Shown: positions 22,838-33,118 of the stretch, one piece after another
How the letters are laid out: every line of letters starts with the position of its first letter
How positions within the stretch are numbered: the stretch's first letter is position 1
Assembly (NCBI GenBank): GCA_051117555.1
Contig: JBNPEG010000006.1
Location: 37,730-101,729 of the forward strand
Length of the DNA stretch: 64,000 nucleotides
Source of the DNA: Elainellaceae cyanobacterium
GTDB lineage: Bacteria; Cyanobacteriota; Cyanobacteriia; CAZCXK01
Direction of reading: 5' to 3'
The notes under the pieces: model-generated
Told to the model about the DNA's origin: nothing
What the model saw: only the letters and a program-made list of their open reading frames with translations
Database searches by the model: none
Program-made: the position numbers and the translations under genes

Positions 22838-24634
22838 TTATATTCCTTGAGAAGATGGCTGATGTCGTTCAAGCAGTTCTTGATCGGGCGTGTAGACCTC
22901 TAAAGGCCGATTAAATGTATTTGCAATATGTTCAAATCCTTGTCCAAGAAGTTTGCGATGATGGGTGGCGATCGCCTCGAGGTCATTATTTCGTGCTGAT
23001 CTTGCAGCGATAACTGCATCAACATAGTCAGCATTGAGCTCGATTCGAATGGTTGGGCTAGCCGATATTAACCGACAAAATGAAGATTCCCCCAGACAGA
23101 CTTTGCCCAATTCCGTTTCGAGTCGTCGTATCTCTGGATGAGTGCTGCTCCCTACAGCGACTCTAGGTAGCGTATCGTCTCCTGCCTGAACGGTGGTTAC
23201 CTCTTCTAGGGAGGACTCATAAAACAGCACCAGTCTGCGAGCATCGATTGCTGCAATCGTCCCTTGGGGAATCTGGCGAAGCTGTTCGAGTGCGATCGCC
23301 CACGTTTCCTGTACATGTTGCCAGTCTTGCGGAGTTTCGGCTCGATACCGACTCATTTGCGCCCGGCGGGCAGACCTTTTAGCACGTTCCAGAGTGCGAC
23401 TGGCATCTTCTTCGAGCCTGATTTGACGCTCAATTTCGGCAAGCTGTTGACGATGAGTTTGTAAAAGCTGCTGTGCAAACGGATATAAATCGCTGTCAGA
23501 CGGAATTGCTTGTAATGGTGCGAGCGTTGATTGCCAGAGCGATTGCAACTCCTTCCATACTTCAATGTCATAGATTGGACGCTGGCTTGCTTCCTGAGCT
23601 TCACGTACAACTCGTTCGAGGGCAAGAAGCTGATCAATCTGCTTCGCTTGAGTTTGATAATCATCGAGAAGAGGATGAGCATCGTGTGCATGCTTCGACC
23701 ACACCGGGATGGGATCTAATAGAGCGATCCCCCGCTCAATCGACTGATAAGCCGTATCTAAGTCGTCCCAAGTTTCCGCTTGGTTTAACGTGAGTTTTAT
23801 ATCGTCCTGAAGCGCCTGTGCCGTTTGCAGTTCTGGACACGACCCAATCAAACAATAGCGAGTGAGTCCGTAGGTTCCACCCATTGCGCCTAACGTCGTA
23901 ATTCCTAACGCAATAGCAATCTGAGTATCGAGATGACCGAGCCGAGATAATTGATGCGACGGTGACGAGTCGTGAGCCACGACCAAGGCCGAAGAGCTAT
24001 CGATATCAACACTTTCTCCCAAGGAACCATCAATTGCACGCTGGGAAACGAATGGCTGAAACCAACGTTGCCAGTTTTCTTGAAAACGCTTAAACAGATT
24101 GGATTCATCTGAAAGGGTCAACACTACTGGGGATGACGAAGATTGAGACTCGTTAGTGGGATGACCGGACGGTGATGATGCTGGAGATTGCATATTAGTG
24201 CGAGAGTAGGAAGAATCAAATGATGTTAGTTGCTCAATGAGTCGTTCCAGATCGTCGTCATCTTCAATCCAGAGTTCTTCGTAGCCTTCCGTGGAGGGGT
24301 TCCATCGTCGAGGGATATGCTGAATCGAAGGCGGTGGAGGTTGAATTGCAAACTGACGATGCGCATACGGCTGCTTTTGTCCGATGATGCGAAGATAAAG
24401 GCGGACACTCTGGGTGAATTGAAGCTGCAATGTTTGAATCCGTCGCTCCATCATGTGTAGAATTTGCGCTGGATCAAGCACTGCGTCACCTCGATGCTGA
24501 CCCAAGACGACTAAATTCCGTTCGCGGATAGTGCATTGAATATGCACTGGATCATCGTTAATACAGGCTTGGATACAGGCTTGGAGGTGATGCCGTAGCC
24601 GCTGCAAGTCCCCCGTATATGTAATCATCTCCAT
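22838..24634 (-). CDS. Hypothetical single-TM membrane protein with helical/coiled-coil C-terminal region
   Basis: 598-aa ORF with one TM (IAIALGITTLGAMGG) followed by CLIGSCP and helical repeats. Confidence 0.75.
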   Translation of the reverse strand: MEMITYTGDLQRLRHHLQACIQACINDDPVHIQCTIRERNLVVLGQHRGDAVLDPAQILHMMERRIQTLQLQFTQSVRLYLRIIGQKQPYAHRQFAIQPPPPSIQHIPRRWNPSTEGYEELWIEDDDDLERLIEQLTSFDSSYSRTNMQSPASSPSGHPTNESQSSSSPVVLTLSDESNLFKRFQENWQRWFQPFVSQRAIDGSLGESVDIDSSSALVVAHDSSPSHQLSRLGHLDTQIAIALGITTLGAMGGTYGLTRYCLIGSCPELQTAQALQDDIKLTLNQAETWDDLDTAYQSIERGIALLDPIPVWSKHAHDAHPLLDDYQTQAKQIDQLLALERVVREAQEASQRPIYDIEVWKELQSLWQSTLAPLQAIPSDSDLYPFAQQLLQTHRQQLAEIERQIRLEEDASRTLERAKRSARRAQMSRYRAETPQDWQHVQETWAIALEQLRQIPQGTIAAIDARRLVLFYESSLEEVTTVQAGDDTLPRVAVGSSTHPEIRRLETELGKVCLGESSFCRLISASPTIRIELNADYVDAVIAARSARNNDLEAIATHHRKLLGQGFEHIANTFNRPLEVYTPDQELLERHQPSSQGI

Positions 24635-24860
24635 ATCAATTCGCCTTTGTCGATCGACTGGATATACTCACCTAATGTTCTGGATTGGATACATCGTGCG
24701 AGTAAGTCCTAAAGCTGCTCCTTCTTTCTGAATTGGAGAGCTTTTTCCGGACATGCGACCGAAATCTCAAGCAAACTTCATCGAATCTGATACAGAACTC
24801 GATGAAATTCGATGACATGCATGCTCATTGCTCTAAGCAATTACGTATGGAGTAACCCTA

Positions 24861-24934
24861 CGGGACTGACGGGGCTCGAACCCGCAACTTCCGCCGTGAC
24901 AGGGCGGTGCTCTAACCAATTGAACTACAGTCCC
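24861..24934 (-). tRNA. trnD: tRNA-Asp(GTC)
   Basis: Minus strand reads GGGACTGTAGTTCAATTGGTTAGAGCACCGCCCT-GTC-ACGGCGGAAGTTGCGGGTTCGAGCCCCGTCAGTCCCG; CCA is not encoded. Confidence 0.98.
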
Positions 24935-24984
24935 TCAATGCGCATTCAAATTTAGCGCAATTTCCATTTTGCCTAACTAATTGA

Positions 24985-26661
24985 TTATTTGTCAAATGAT
25001 CCGGTAATAAATTCATCGTGTATGAAATCTACCAGCCAATCCTTGACGTGGTGGGTGGCTCGACAATCATCTTCGTTGTATCGCAGAATCGCCTCTAAAT
25101 AGGTGCGATCGCCCGTATTGAGCCATTGATCATACCAATAAATTGATTGAGCCCCGTTCGCATCTGAGTCACGCCAATTAAATCCTAGCCACCGAGCAAT
25201 GGGCTTAAGAGCATAGCTTTCAATCGGCAATGCTACTGTGCGAGTCACACGCTCATGCAAGTCAATACAGCGTTTAATCAGAGGTTGAATCAATGAGTCA
25301 GGCGTTTCGTAGACGTTGGCTAAACGCTTTACAGTCTGGACTTCGTAGGGGCAAAAATGAAAAATAGGGGCGTGGGGATATTGCCAAACCAAATCTAGGA
25401 ACTGTTCCCAGATGAGACGTTCATCGTCAGGGGTTTCAGCCAAGAGAGGATAAAATGTTTCAGTGTTAGCTTGGCGATCGACTAATAAAATTCCGTGTAG
25501 ATAAATTAAGTTTTGCTCGGGAGCGGCTTCAATATCGAAGTATATTTCGACGTCTGAGGTGGGTAATTCTTCTGAAGAGAGCAGTGGCCCAATGGTGTCT
25601 GATCGTTCTAGTGGTGCGGCTAGGGCACAGTTTTGCAGCATCGATTGCGCTTGTCTCACAATTCGATGAGCGACGTGAATACCAAACCCTGGCAGCGGGG
25701 CCAATACATTAGGAGAGGTTGCTGCCAGTGCTTCAACCGTGGTCAAATCTAGTTCTTGAAGATGAACATAGCGACTCGGCGTAACACCGGGTAATAAGGA
25801 CAAGTGCTGAGTTATTTGGGCGACCCCATAGCAGTGACTCAGCCAATGGCACAGATCACATCGATTACGCGCGATAAAGACTTCAGGCTCGCGGGCTGCA
25901 ATTAGCATCTCCATGCAGTGATCTAAGATTTGCTGCATTCGGGGGAGTTGCTCAACCAAATCAACTTCGTAAGCTCCACGCTGTCTTAAAATTAACCAGC
26001 TTGATTCTGACCATGCCCCCTGCACCTCCGAGAGAACGTAGGCTTGAAATGCTGCGATAACCTGATAGTCTAGCTTGGGACGTTTGCCAAGTTTAATGTC
26101 AATAGGAACGTAGATCCAATCGCCAAAAACAGAGTACCCAGGCTGCTTGACCAAGAGCTTTGGAGACGTAATCAGTTGGACTCCATTCTCCAGCGTATGT
26201 TGAAGCACTCCGCGAGAGATTCTTTCAACTCCCTGCTGCATAAGCTCTAACGTCGCCCGTGCTCCGGCATTCCAATTTCGACGAGGATAATTGGGTTCTT
26301 GAGCTGGATTTTCTGACAGGACGGATAGCTGATGCGATACGCTATCTTGATGAAGCTTAAGCAGATAATCACTCGGTGAGTCTCTCTGCCCTAAATCGCC
26401 ATATGAATCAAGGAAAGCTCGACGCTTGCAGCGCTGAAAATTTAGGAGAAGTTCGTCAGTAAGCTGTAGGGGAGATTTGAGAAGGCTCGGACGGGCTGAT
26501 GTACATGATGAGGATTGATCAGAGCGCATCAAAGACGACGAGGCTAGAAATTTCGTTTCAGCCTCTGATAAATGACTCCTTAATGGTTCAGCAGTCAAAG
26601 CCCTCTGCTCCGAACGGAGCATATATGTGTATGCCTTGGAAGAAGATGACTGACGGATCAA
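24985..26661 (-). CDS. TM0106-family RecB-like putative nuclease (with HhH and RNase H-like domains)
   Basis: CKRRAFLD, PIDIK, C..C.W...C, YFDIE and YNEDDC motifs. The true start is probably downstream of 26661. Confidence 0.85.
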   Translation of the reverse strand: MIRQSSSSKAYTYMLRSEQRALTAEPLRSHLSEAETKFLASSSLMRSDQSSSCTSARPSLLKSPLQLTDELLLNFQRCKRRAFLDSYGDLGQRDSPSDYLLKLHQDSVSHQLSVLSENPAQEPNYPRRNWNAGARATLELMQQGVERISRGVLQHTLENGVQLITSPKLLVKQPGYSVFGDWIYVPIDIKLGKRPKLDYQVIAAFQAYVLSEVQGAWSESSWLILRQRGAYEVDLVEQLPRMQQILDHCMEMLIAAREPEVFIARNRCDLCHWLSHCYGVAQITQHLSLLPGVTPSRYVHLQELDLTTVEALAATSPNVLAPLPGFGIHVAHRIVRQAQSMLQNCALAAPLERSDTIGPLLSSEELPTSDVEIYFDIEAAPEQNLIYLHGILLVDRQANTETFYPLLAETPDDERLIWEQFLDLVWQYPHAPIFHFCPYEVQTVKRLANVYETPDSLIQPLIKRCIDLHERVTRTVALPIESYALKPIARWLGFNWRDSDANGAQSIYWYDQWLNTGDRTYLEAILRYNEDDCRATHHVKDWLVDFIHDEFITGSFDK

Positions 26662-26872
26662 TGCAGATCAGCATAAGCTCTCGATCGCATATCTTTCTAT
26701 GACTTTAACTTGATTTCGATCGATTTGTCTGCAAAGCGAGACCGCTTTATCGAGATGCGATCGCCGAATTGTGCATATCTACCTGTAGAGTCTATTCAGA
26801 TTTTTTATAATTCTGTAAATTGCAGTCGACTGTTTTTTGTAACCTTTTGCATCTAGGTTTTGCATAATTATC

Positions 26873-28072
26873 ATGACCCCCGCGTCTTCTGACACCACTC
26901 ATCTCAACCAATACCGTCAGCAATTTCCAGCATTAGCTAACAAATCATATTTTAATTACGGCGGGCAGGGGCCAATGCCTCAAGCGTCGCTAATTGCGAT
27001 TCAAAGGGCCCAGGAATACATTCAACATGCAGGGCCATTTTGTGGAGAAGTCAACACATGGATTGCTAAAGAAGCCGATCAAACCCGTCAGGTGATTGCG
27101 CTTGAGCTTGGCGTCGCTCCAGAAACCATTACCCTGACTGAAAATGTGACGGTCGGTTGCAACATTGCGTTATGGGGAATTGAGTGGAGAGCAGGTGACC
27201 ACATTTTGCTCTCAGACTGTGAGCATCCCGGCGTGATCGCAGCCGTCCAGGAAATTCAGCGCCGCTTCGGAGTTGAACTATCAACGTGCCCGCTGATGGC
27301 AACTCTCAACACAGGAAATCCGGTGGATGTAGTCGCTCAGCATCTACGCCCTACAACTCGATTGGTCGTGGTTAGCCATATTCTTTGGAACACAGGGCAG
27401 GTTTTGCCTCTACAACGCATTTTTGATGCATGTCGGGCGCATTCCACCCGCTCAAAGACGGTTCATGTTCTTGTGGATGCTGCCCAATCGGTAGGGGTTT
27501 TGCCGCTCAATTTAACTGAAGTAGGAGCGGATTTCTACGCATTTACCGGACACAAGTGGCTGTGCGGTCCAGCAGGGATCGGAGGGCTGTATGTGCGTCC
27601 TGACGCACTTGATGAGTTGAATCCAACATTTATCGGTTGGCGGGGGGTTACCCGAAATGAAGCAGGCTTTCCAACGGGGTGGAAAGCAGATGGGCAGCAG
27701 TTTGAAATCGCAACCTCTGATTTCAGCTTGTATAGCGGATTACGGGCGGCGATCGCTACTCACTATGACTGGGGATCTCGCACCGATAGGTATCAGAGGA
27801 TTCGATCTTTGAGTGAATATCTCTGGACCGGGTTAAACCACATTCCAGGAATTTCGTGCTTGCGAACAGCTCCACCTGAGGCCGGATTGGTGTCGTTTCA
27901 ACTCGACGGAGGCAACAATTCTGCTCACCAGCAACTCGTTCAGTCGTTAGAAAGCCAGCATGTGATGCTGCGTACAATTTTAGACCCTTTCTGTATCAGA
28001 GCCTGCGTTCACTATTTCACAACCGAATCTGAAATTGACCAACTATTAAGTGTCTTAAAACAAGTGTCTTAA
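26873..28072 (+). CDS. Class V aminotransferase, cyst(e)ine C-S lyase (C-DES)-like
   Basis: YFNYGGQGP, EHPG, SHILWNTG, DAAQSVG, FTGHKW. Confidence 0.85.
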   Translation: MTPASSDTTHLNQYRQQFPALANKSYFNYGGQGPMPQASLIAIQRAQEYIQHAGPFCGEVNTWIAKEADQTRQVIALELGVAPETITLTENVTVGCNIALWGIEWRAGDHILLSDCEHPGVIAAVQEIQRRFGVELSTCPLMATLNTGNPVDVVAQHLRPTTRLVVVSHILWNTGQVLPLQRIFDACRAHSTRSKTVHVLVDAAQSVGVLPLNLTEVGADFYAFTGHKWLCGPAGIGGLYVRPDALDELNPTFIGWRGVTRNEAGFPTGWKADGQQFEIATSDFSLYSGLRAAIATHYDWGSRTDRYQRIRSLSEYLWTGLNHIPGISCLRTAPPEAGLVSFQLDGGNNSAHQQLVQSLESQHVMLRTILDPFCIRACVHYFTTESEIDQLLSVLKQVS

Positions 28073-28104
28073 AACAACTGCAAAACAGTTGATTGAAGAG
28101 ATGA

Positions 28105-28995
28105 TTATTCATTCAGAAGCGTTGAACCGTCTTGAGTTAGCGCAGTTCTCGCTTTTTGAGCACGGGCTGAGGCTTCTGCCATCACTTCATCCATTTTTTC
28201 GAGTATTTCGCCCGGATAGTTCTCTAGAACTTTGGTCGATAGCGAGATGCGTCGCTTAATCTCATCAATGTCAATGATAACTGCTTTAATCGGTTGCCCT
28301 GACTGAAAGAGGGAATTTAAAGAGGCGACGTAATTCTTGCTGACTTGGTTGATGTGGAGTAGGCCGGTTGTGCCATCAAAATCAACAAAAACCCCAAATG
28401 GCTTGATACCCGAAACTTTGCCCTCAATTAGCTGACCTACTTCAAGCTGAGTGAGGCTTGCGGCTTGAGCTGCGAGCCGATGAGACAAGACCAGCTTGCG
28501 GCGATCGGGATCAACTTCTAGAAAACTAACGGTCAGCGCTTTGCCGACTAAAGATTCGAGATTGTCACGTTCAATCAAGTGCGATCGCGGAATGAAGCCT
28601 CGCAATCCTTGCACATCAACGGTCACGCCCCCTTTATTAACGCCGCTAACCCGCGCCTGAATCGTCTCGTCGGCCTCTTGCATATCGATGAATTGCTTCC
28701 ATATTTCTTGAAGCTCTAATTGCCGAACGGAGAGCGTAACTTGACCTTCTGCATTTTGTTCGCGAATAATCAGAAAATCTCGCTCTTCATCAACGGGCAG
28801 CGCCTCAGACAAATCGGCGACCCGAGTGAGTGATGCTTCATCAATGGGTAAAAAGGCTGCAGACTTACCACCGATGTCAATGTAAGCTCCGGTTGCATCG
28901 TGGCTAAAGACTTTTCCTCGAACAACCTGGCCTCTCTGAAAATTGAAATCATGCTGTTCGAGAGCTTTTGCGAAGTCGTCAGACGAAAAGGACAA
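28105..28995 (-). CDS. S1 RNA-binding domain protein (second ribosomal S1 paralogue)
   Basis: Three S1 domains (DIGGKS, RGFIPRSH, GLLHINQVS); TTG start after GGAGG. Confidence 0.9.
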   Translation of the reverse strand: MSFSSDDFAKALEQHDFNFQRGQVVRGKVFSHDATGAYIDIGGKSAAFLPIDEASLTRVADLSEALPVDEERDFLIIREQNAEGQVTLSVRQLELQEIWKQFIDMQEADETIQARVSGVNKGGVTVDVQGLRGFIPRSHLIERDNLESLVGKALTVSFLEVDPDRRKLVLSHRLAAQAASLTQLEVGQLIEGKVSGIKPFGVFVDFDGTTGLLHINQVSKNYVASLNSLFQSGQPIKAVIIDIDEIKRRISLSTKVLENYPGEILEKMDEVMAEASARAQKARTALTQDGSTLLNE

Positions 28996-29340
28996 ATTAG
29001 CCTCCTAGAGTATGCATAGCCACGGCTGAACCTTGGTCAACAAGGGTTTGGAGTTCTCCCAATATAATCAATTCTGGGTAAATTCGACATCATGCCTCTA
29101 TGAAGTCCTGATAAGAATATCAAGCAATTTATGGGGATTGAACATCCGCGACCGATTCAAACGCTTCCGTCAAGTCGGGGAGCGTATTCATTTGCAACCT
29201 GGTCGCCCCTTGCCGCCGCCGAGGGGATGCTCTACGTGCAGCATTTGTAGAGCATTTAAGGAAACGTGGTATTGAGAGATTGCGCTGCGTTTACCGACCT
29301 CACTCAACCCTATACCCATTTTATCGGAGTCAATTCTGAG

Positions 29341-30102
29341 TCAAGGAGTAGAAGTCGCTGATTTTAATTCTCGACTCAATAGCTCTTGAACTTTGTCCCA
29401 GGCATCTCGGGACGCCTCGGGACTATAGCTGTCTCGTTGGTCGCAGAAAAATCCGTGCCCAGCATTCGGATATCGGAACACCTGGTAAGGAATTTGGTGT
29501 TTTTGGAGTTCGGCTTCAATGACATCAACCTGATCTTGAGGAATGCTCGTGTCATCCATCCCAAAGAAGGCATAGATTTTACCGCTGATTTGAGAGGTGC
29601 GCGTGACTGTTGGCTCACTATCGCCTGGACACCAGGTTGTGATACCTGCACCATAAAATGAGGCAGTTGCTTTAATATCGGGCAGGGTAGCCGCCAGATA
29701 GGCAACGTGCCCGCCGAAACAAAAGCCAATACATCCGATTGCGTCAGACGCTACGGAGTCTAAACTCTTAAGATGGTTAATGGCAGCTTGGATATCCCCG
29801 AGCAATTCGTCAGCATCCGTTCGAGCCTTGTAGTCTCGACCGATCTCGAGGTCTTCGGCAGTATATCCGGTTTCAAATCCGGGTTCAAGACGCTGATATA
29901 ACGCTGGGGCGATCGCCACATAGCCTGCCTTTGCAAATCGTTCGGTGATGTCTCGAATATGAGCATTGACGCCGAAAATTTCTTGCAAGACCACGATTCC
30001 CGGAAATGGCCCCTCGGCTGTTGGTTCTGCTAGATAGGCATCAATGTCTAAGTCCTGATTCCGAACTTGAAGTCGAGTCGTCCGAATTTCAAAGTCCGTC
30101 AT
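29341..30102 (-). CDS. Dienelactone hydrolase family protein
   Basis: QEIFGVN, GFCFGG (nucleophile Cys), HGFFCD. Confidence 0.93.
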   Translation of the reverse strand: MTDFEIRTTRLQVRNQDLDIDAYLAEPTAEGPFPGIVVLQEIFGVNAHIRDITERFAKAGYVAIAPALYQRLEPGFETGYTAEDLEIGRDYKARTDADELLGDIQAAINHLKSLDSVASDAIGCIGFCFGGHVAYLAATLPDIKATASFYGAGITTWCPGDSEPTVTRTSQISGKIYAFFGMDDTSIPQDQVDVIEAELQKHQIPYQVFRYPNAGHGFFCDQRDSYSPEASRDAWDKVQELLSRELKSATSTP

Positions 30103-30367
30103 AATTGTTATCTCGATTAGGAGGCAGTTCTATACGCTTTAAAGATAAGCCGTAAGGGGGTTCAAATCCTGACTGGCTATCTCAATCAAGTCTGTAAGTT
30201 TGTGCATCCACAACCAACTCTACCTTTCTCCGTCAATTATCTGTAATTATTGAAACTATTGAGTCGACCCTAAACCTATCCTTGAAGCCATTACTCATCA
30301 TCATGCTTTAACGTAGGACACCAAAGATTTAACCGACTTATCTCCCCACGCCTTGGAGCCTTCGTAA

Positions 30368-31351
30368 ATGGTTCAATTTCATATTCAGCCCGATAGCGAA
30401 ATTCCTGCATCAACCCAACTGTATAACCAAATTCGGTTTGCGATCGCCTCGCGCCAGTTTCCACCGGGTCATCGCTTGCCCAGCACGCGGCAGCTAGCGA
30501 TGCAAACGGGGCTCCATCGCAACACCATCAGCAAAGTATACCGCCAGCTTGAAGAACTCGGAATTGTCGACGCTCAGGCGGGTTCAGGCATTTATGTGCG
30601 TTCCCAAGGAGATGAGGGAGGAGCTAAGGCGCGATCGCCCATTTTGTCTCAATATCCTGAAGCTCATAAGCTGGTGCAAAAGAGCTTAGATGAATTGCTC
30701 AATCAGGGCTGTTCGCTAAGTCAAGCTAGGGAACTGTTTTTGGCCGAAATTGACTGGCGACTTCGGTGCAGTGCACGAGTGTTGGTGACTGCTCCTCAGC
30801 AGGACATTGGGGCTGGTGAGTTGATGGTGCAAGAATTGGAGCAAGCATTGCAAATTCCAGTCCAGCTTGTGCCGCTCGAGGAGCTGAGTGACGTTTTAGA
30901 TCAGACCCGTTCCGGGACAGTCGTGACAACGCGCTACTTTATTGGACAAGCAGAGGCGATCGCAGCGCCCAAATCAGTGCGCGTGATTCCGGTTGATATC
31001 TACGACTACAGCCAAGAAATTCAGCTCATTACCAACTCCTCAAAAGGTAGTTCAATTGGGCTCGTCAGCCTTAGCCCAGGAATTTTAAGAGCCGCTGAAG
31101 TCATCGTCCACAGTCTCATGGGAGAGGAGCTTTTGGTGATGACGGCTCGGGCCGAAGATGCCTATAAGCTGAGTGCGATTGTGCGATCGGCTCAGACCAT
31201 TATTTGCGATCGCGCCAGCTATGAACTTGTTAAAGCCGCAGTACAAGCCTCTAGAGATGATTTGATTCGTCCACCTCAGATTATTTGCTGTGAAAACTAT
31301 GTAGGGACCAAATCTATTAATCTCCTGAAACGGGAACTTGGTTTAGACTGA
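30368..31351 (+). CDS. plmA: Cyanobacterial GntR-family regulator PlmA
   Basis: IQPDSEIPASTQL...LPSTRQLA...HRNTISKVY wHTH domain, 327 aa, ending LLKRELGL. Confidence 0.88.
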   Translation: MVQFHIQPDSEIPASTQLYNQIRFAIASRQFPPGHRLPSTRQLAMQTGLHRNTISKVYRQLEELGIVDAQAGSGIYVRSQGDEGGAKARSPILSQYPEAHKLVQKSLDELLNQGCSLSQARELFLAEIDWRLRCSARVLVTAPQQDIGAGELMVQELEQALQIPVQLVPLEELSDVLDQTRSGTVVTTRYFIGQAEAIAAPKSVRVIPVDIYDYSQEIQLITNSSKGSSIGLVSLSPGILRAAEVIVHSLMGEELLVMTARAEDAYKLSAIVRSAQTIICDRASYELVKAAVQASRDDLIRPPQIICCENYVGTKSINLLKRELGLD

Positions 31352-31359
31352 GCGTCCCT

Positions 31360-32169
31360 TTAAGTTTCCGACTCGGATGGAGATGATCCATTTAGTATTG
31401 GCACTAAATATGCAACTAAAGCCCCTAGCAGGAACCCCGCAATGTTTCGGAATAGCGGTAGCCAATCAGCGGTACGAGTCACCACTGGGCCAATTCCAAA
31501 CGCAATGAAGAGAATGCTCCAGAGAGGTGAAAATATCAATACCCATTGCCAAGCAAATGTTTGATCGGGCTTACGAGGCTGACCGGCAAAGCCACACACC
31601 AAACCGCCCACAATGGAGGTGATTAGCGTCAGAATCCATTGCTCTCTGGGCAATCCTGGAACAACTTGACACCCCCCTTTACGCAAGCAAGCCTCTATTG
31701 ACTCGATTGCGCTAATAATTGAACGATCTTCGCCATTGTCTCGCACAAAAAATTGATTGCCATACCGGGTCTGCAACTCAATCCAAAACGTACGCGGCAA
31801 CAGCTCATAAAGGGCATCACCAACGCTGAAATTTAGCAAGTTTCCGCCACGAGGATCAGCAATCAGTAAGATGCTCCGATCATCGAGTCCCCAAAATTCT
31901 TTGACGGCTCGTCCTGGCGTTTGATCATATTGGGTCAAAACTCGAAGCTTCCAGCCCGTTTCAGTTTCAAAGCCCTTCAGTTGCTGATCAAGCTGCTCTT
32001 GCTGAACACTGGCCAGAGAATCCGCCAAATCAATGACATTGGTGGGAACACTTGGCAATAATTCAGGATTGTCGTAGGCGTGCGCAGGCAGGGCGATCGC
32101 CCACGTTAAAAATAAGACACATACAGCCGCAACGTTGATGAGAATCCGCGATATCAGACGATGTTTCAT
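31360..32169 (-). CDS. TPM-domain (thylakoid lumen-type) membrane protein
   Basis: Signal peptide, GWKLRVLTQ, DPRGGNLLNF, three C-terminal TMs. Confidence 0.8.
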   Translation of the reverse strand: MKHRLISRILINVAAVCVLFLTWAIALPAHAYDNPELLPSVPTNVIDLADSLASVQQEQLDQQLKGFETETGWKLRVLTQYDQTPGRAVKEFWGLDDRSILLIADPRGGNLLNFSVGDALYELLPRTFWIELQTRYGNQFFVRDNGEDRSIISAIESIEACLRKGGCQVVPGLPREQWILTLITSIVGGLVCGFAGQPRKPDQTFAWQWVLIFSPLWSILFIAFGIGPVVTRTADWLPLFRNIAGFLLGALVAYLVPILNGSSPSESET

Positions 32170-32225
32170 GAACAGACCCGGTACTAAATTTTGACGCCTA
32201 ATTTGAAAAACAACAGTTCAATATT

Positions 32226-32360
32226 TATAGCCCTATGGGCTTAGATTCATAGCCCTACGGACTTAGATTTACGCATAAACCCCGTGTTGCGGGGGTTTCT
32301 ACATACGTTTGGGGAGTTCTACACATGTTTAACGTTCTAAGTCGAGATCGCAAAGCTGTA
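32226..32360. mobile_element. Degenerate TATAG MITE, subfamily B, with two internal tandem duplications
   Basis: Shares ATAGCCCTACGG, CCCCGTG..GCGGGGG and GTTTAA.GT.CTAA..CGAGA.CGCA with the 22624 copy. Confidence 0.7.
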
Positions 32361-32547
32361 GTCTTAAAGTTTCTAACAATTCTTTACACTTGTTTACTTT
32401 AATCTAAGCTTTATCATATCAGGAGTTAATAAATGATTGTAGGTAATGTGCCTCAACTAACCTCAGACGGGCACCGGCTGAAATAGAGTGATCCCCGCCT
32501 TGTATTAAAATAGCTGAGTCGGCTTGTCTTACTCGATCACGACGGTT

Positions 32548-33108
32548 TTACGATTTAGGTTTACGACTCGTTGCTTTCGACGTCGAACTGTTGTCTACAG
32601 AAACGCCCTCGGATGCGACGTTGGGCTGATTACCATCCAGAGATGGATTAGAGGTACTCGGAGATGTTTGTGACGGGTGATTGATATTGAAGTCAGTTGC
32701 CTCAGAATTAGATTGAGCTGAGGGTTGGTCTTGAGGAGAATTTGACGATTGAAAAAATGCTTTCCATGCGGCTCGAACTCCTGAAACAGCGCTTCGAGTG
32801 CCGACATGTGCATACTGGATTTGCTGCCTCGCGCCAGATAAACTTTGATTGACTTGCTGAACAATTTGTCCAGCATTTTGAACGCCATCATTGACATCGT
32901 CGGTTAAGTCCGTAATTTCCATTCCCGTCAGCCGAATTGCTTCTAAGGTTGGAGGCAATTCTCGGCTCAGGGTGTCGAATAACTTCTCGGCACTGCGAGC
33001 AGCTCTGGCAAGTTCCCAAACAGCGGGCAGCAGGGCAATTAGGATTGCTGTTAGACTAACTGCAACCAATAGAATAGAGAGCCCTAACCAGAAGATTGGA
33101 TCGATCAC
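32548..33108 (-). CDS. DUF948 (YtxG-like) membrane-anchored coiled-coil protein
   Basis: N-terminal TM, ELARAARSAEKLFDTL.RELPPTL and a disordered Ser-rich tail. Confidence 0.7.
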   Translation of the reverse strand: MIDPIFWLGLSILLVAVSLTAILIALLPAVWELARAARSAEKLFDTLSRELPPTLEAIRLTGMEITDLTDDVNDGVQNAGQIVQQVNQSLSGARQQIQYAHVGTRSAVSGVRAAWKAFFQSSNSPQDQPSAQSNSEATDFNINHPSQTSPSTSNPSLDGNQPNVASEGVSVDNSSTSKATSRKPKS

Positions 33109-33118
33109 AAGTTGTGAA

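Noticed and set aside
22838..24934. Genomic island integrated at tRNA-Asp
   Set aside because: I found no duplicated tRNA 3' end and no integrase; the downstream gene carries HIP1 sites like the host.
29033..29275. 80-aa ORF
   Set aside because: It has a TTG start, no RBS and no recognisable motif; RNA structure explains the region better.
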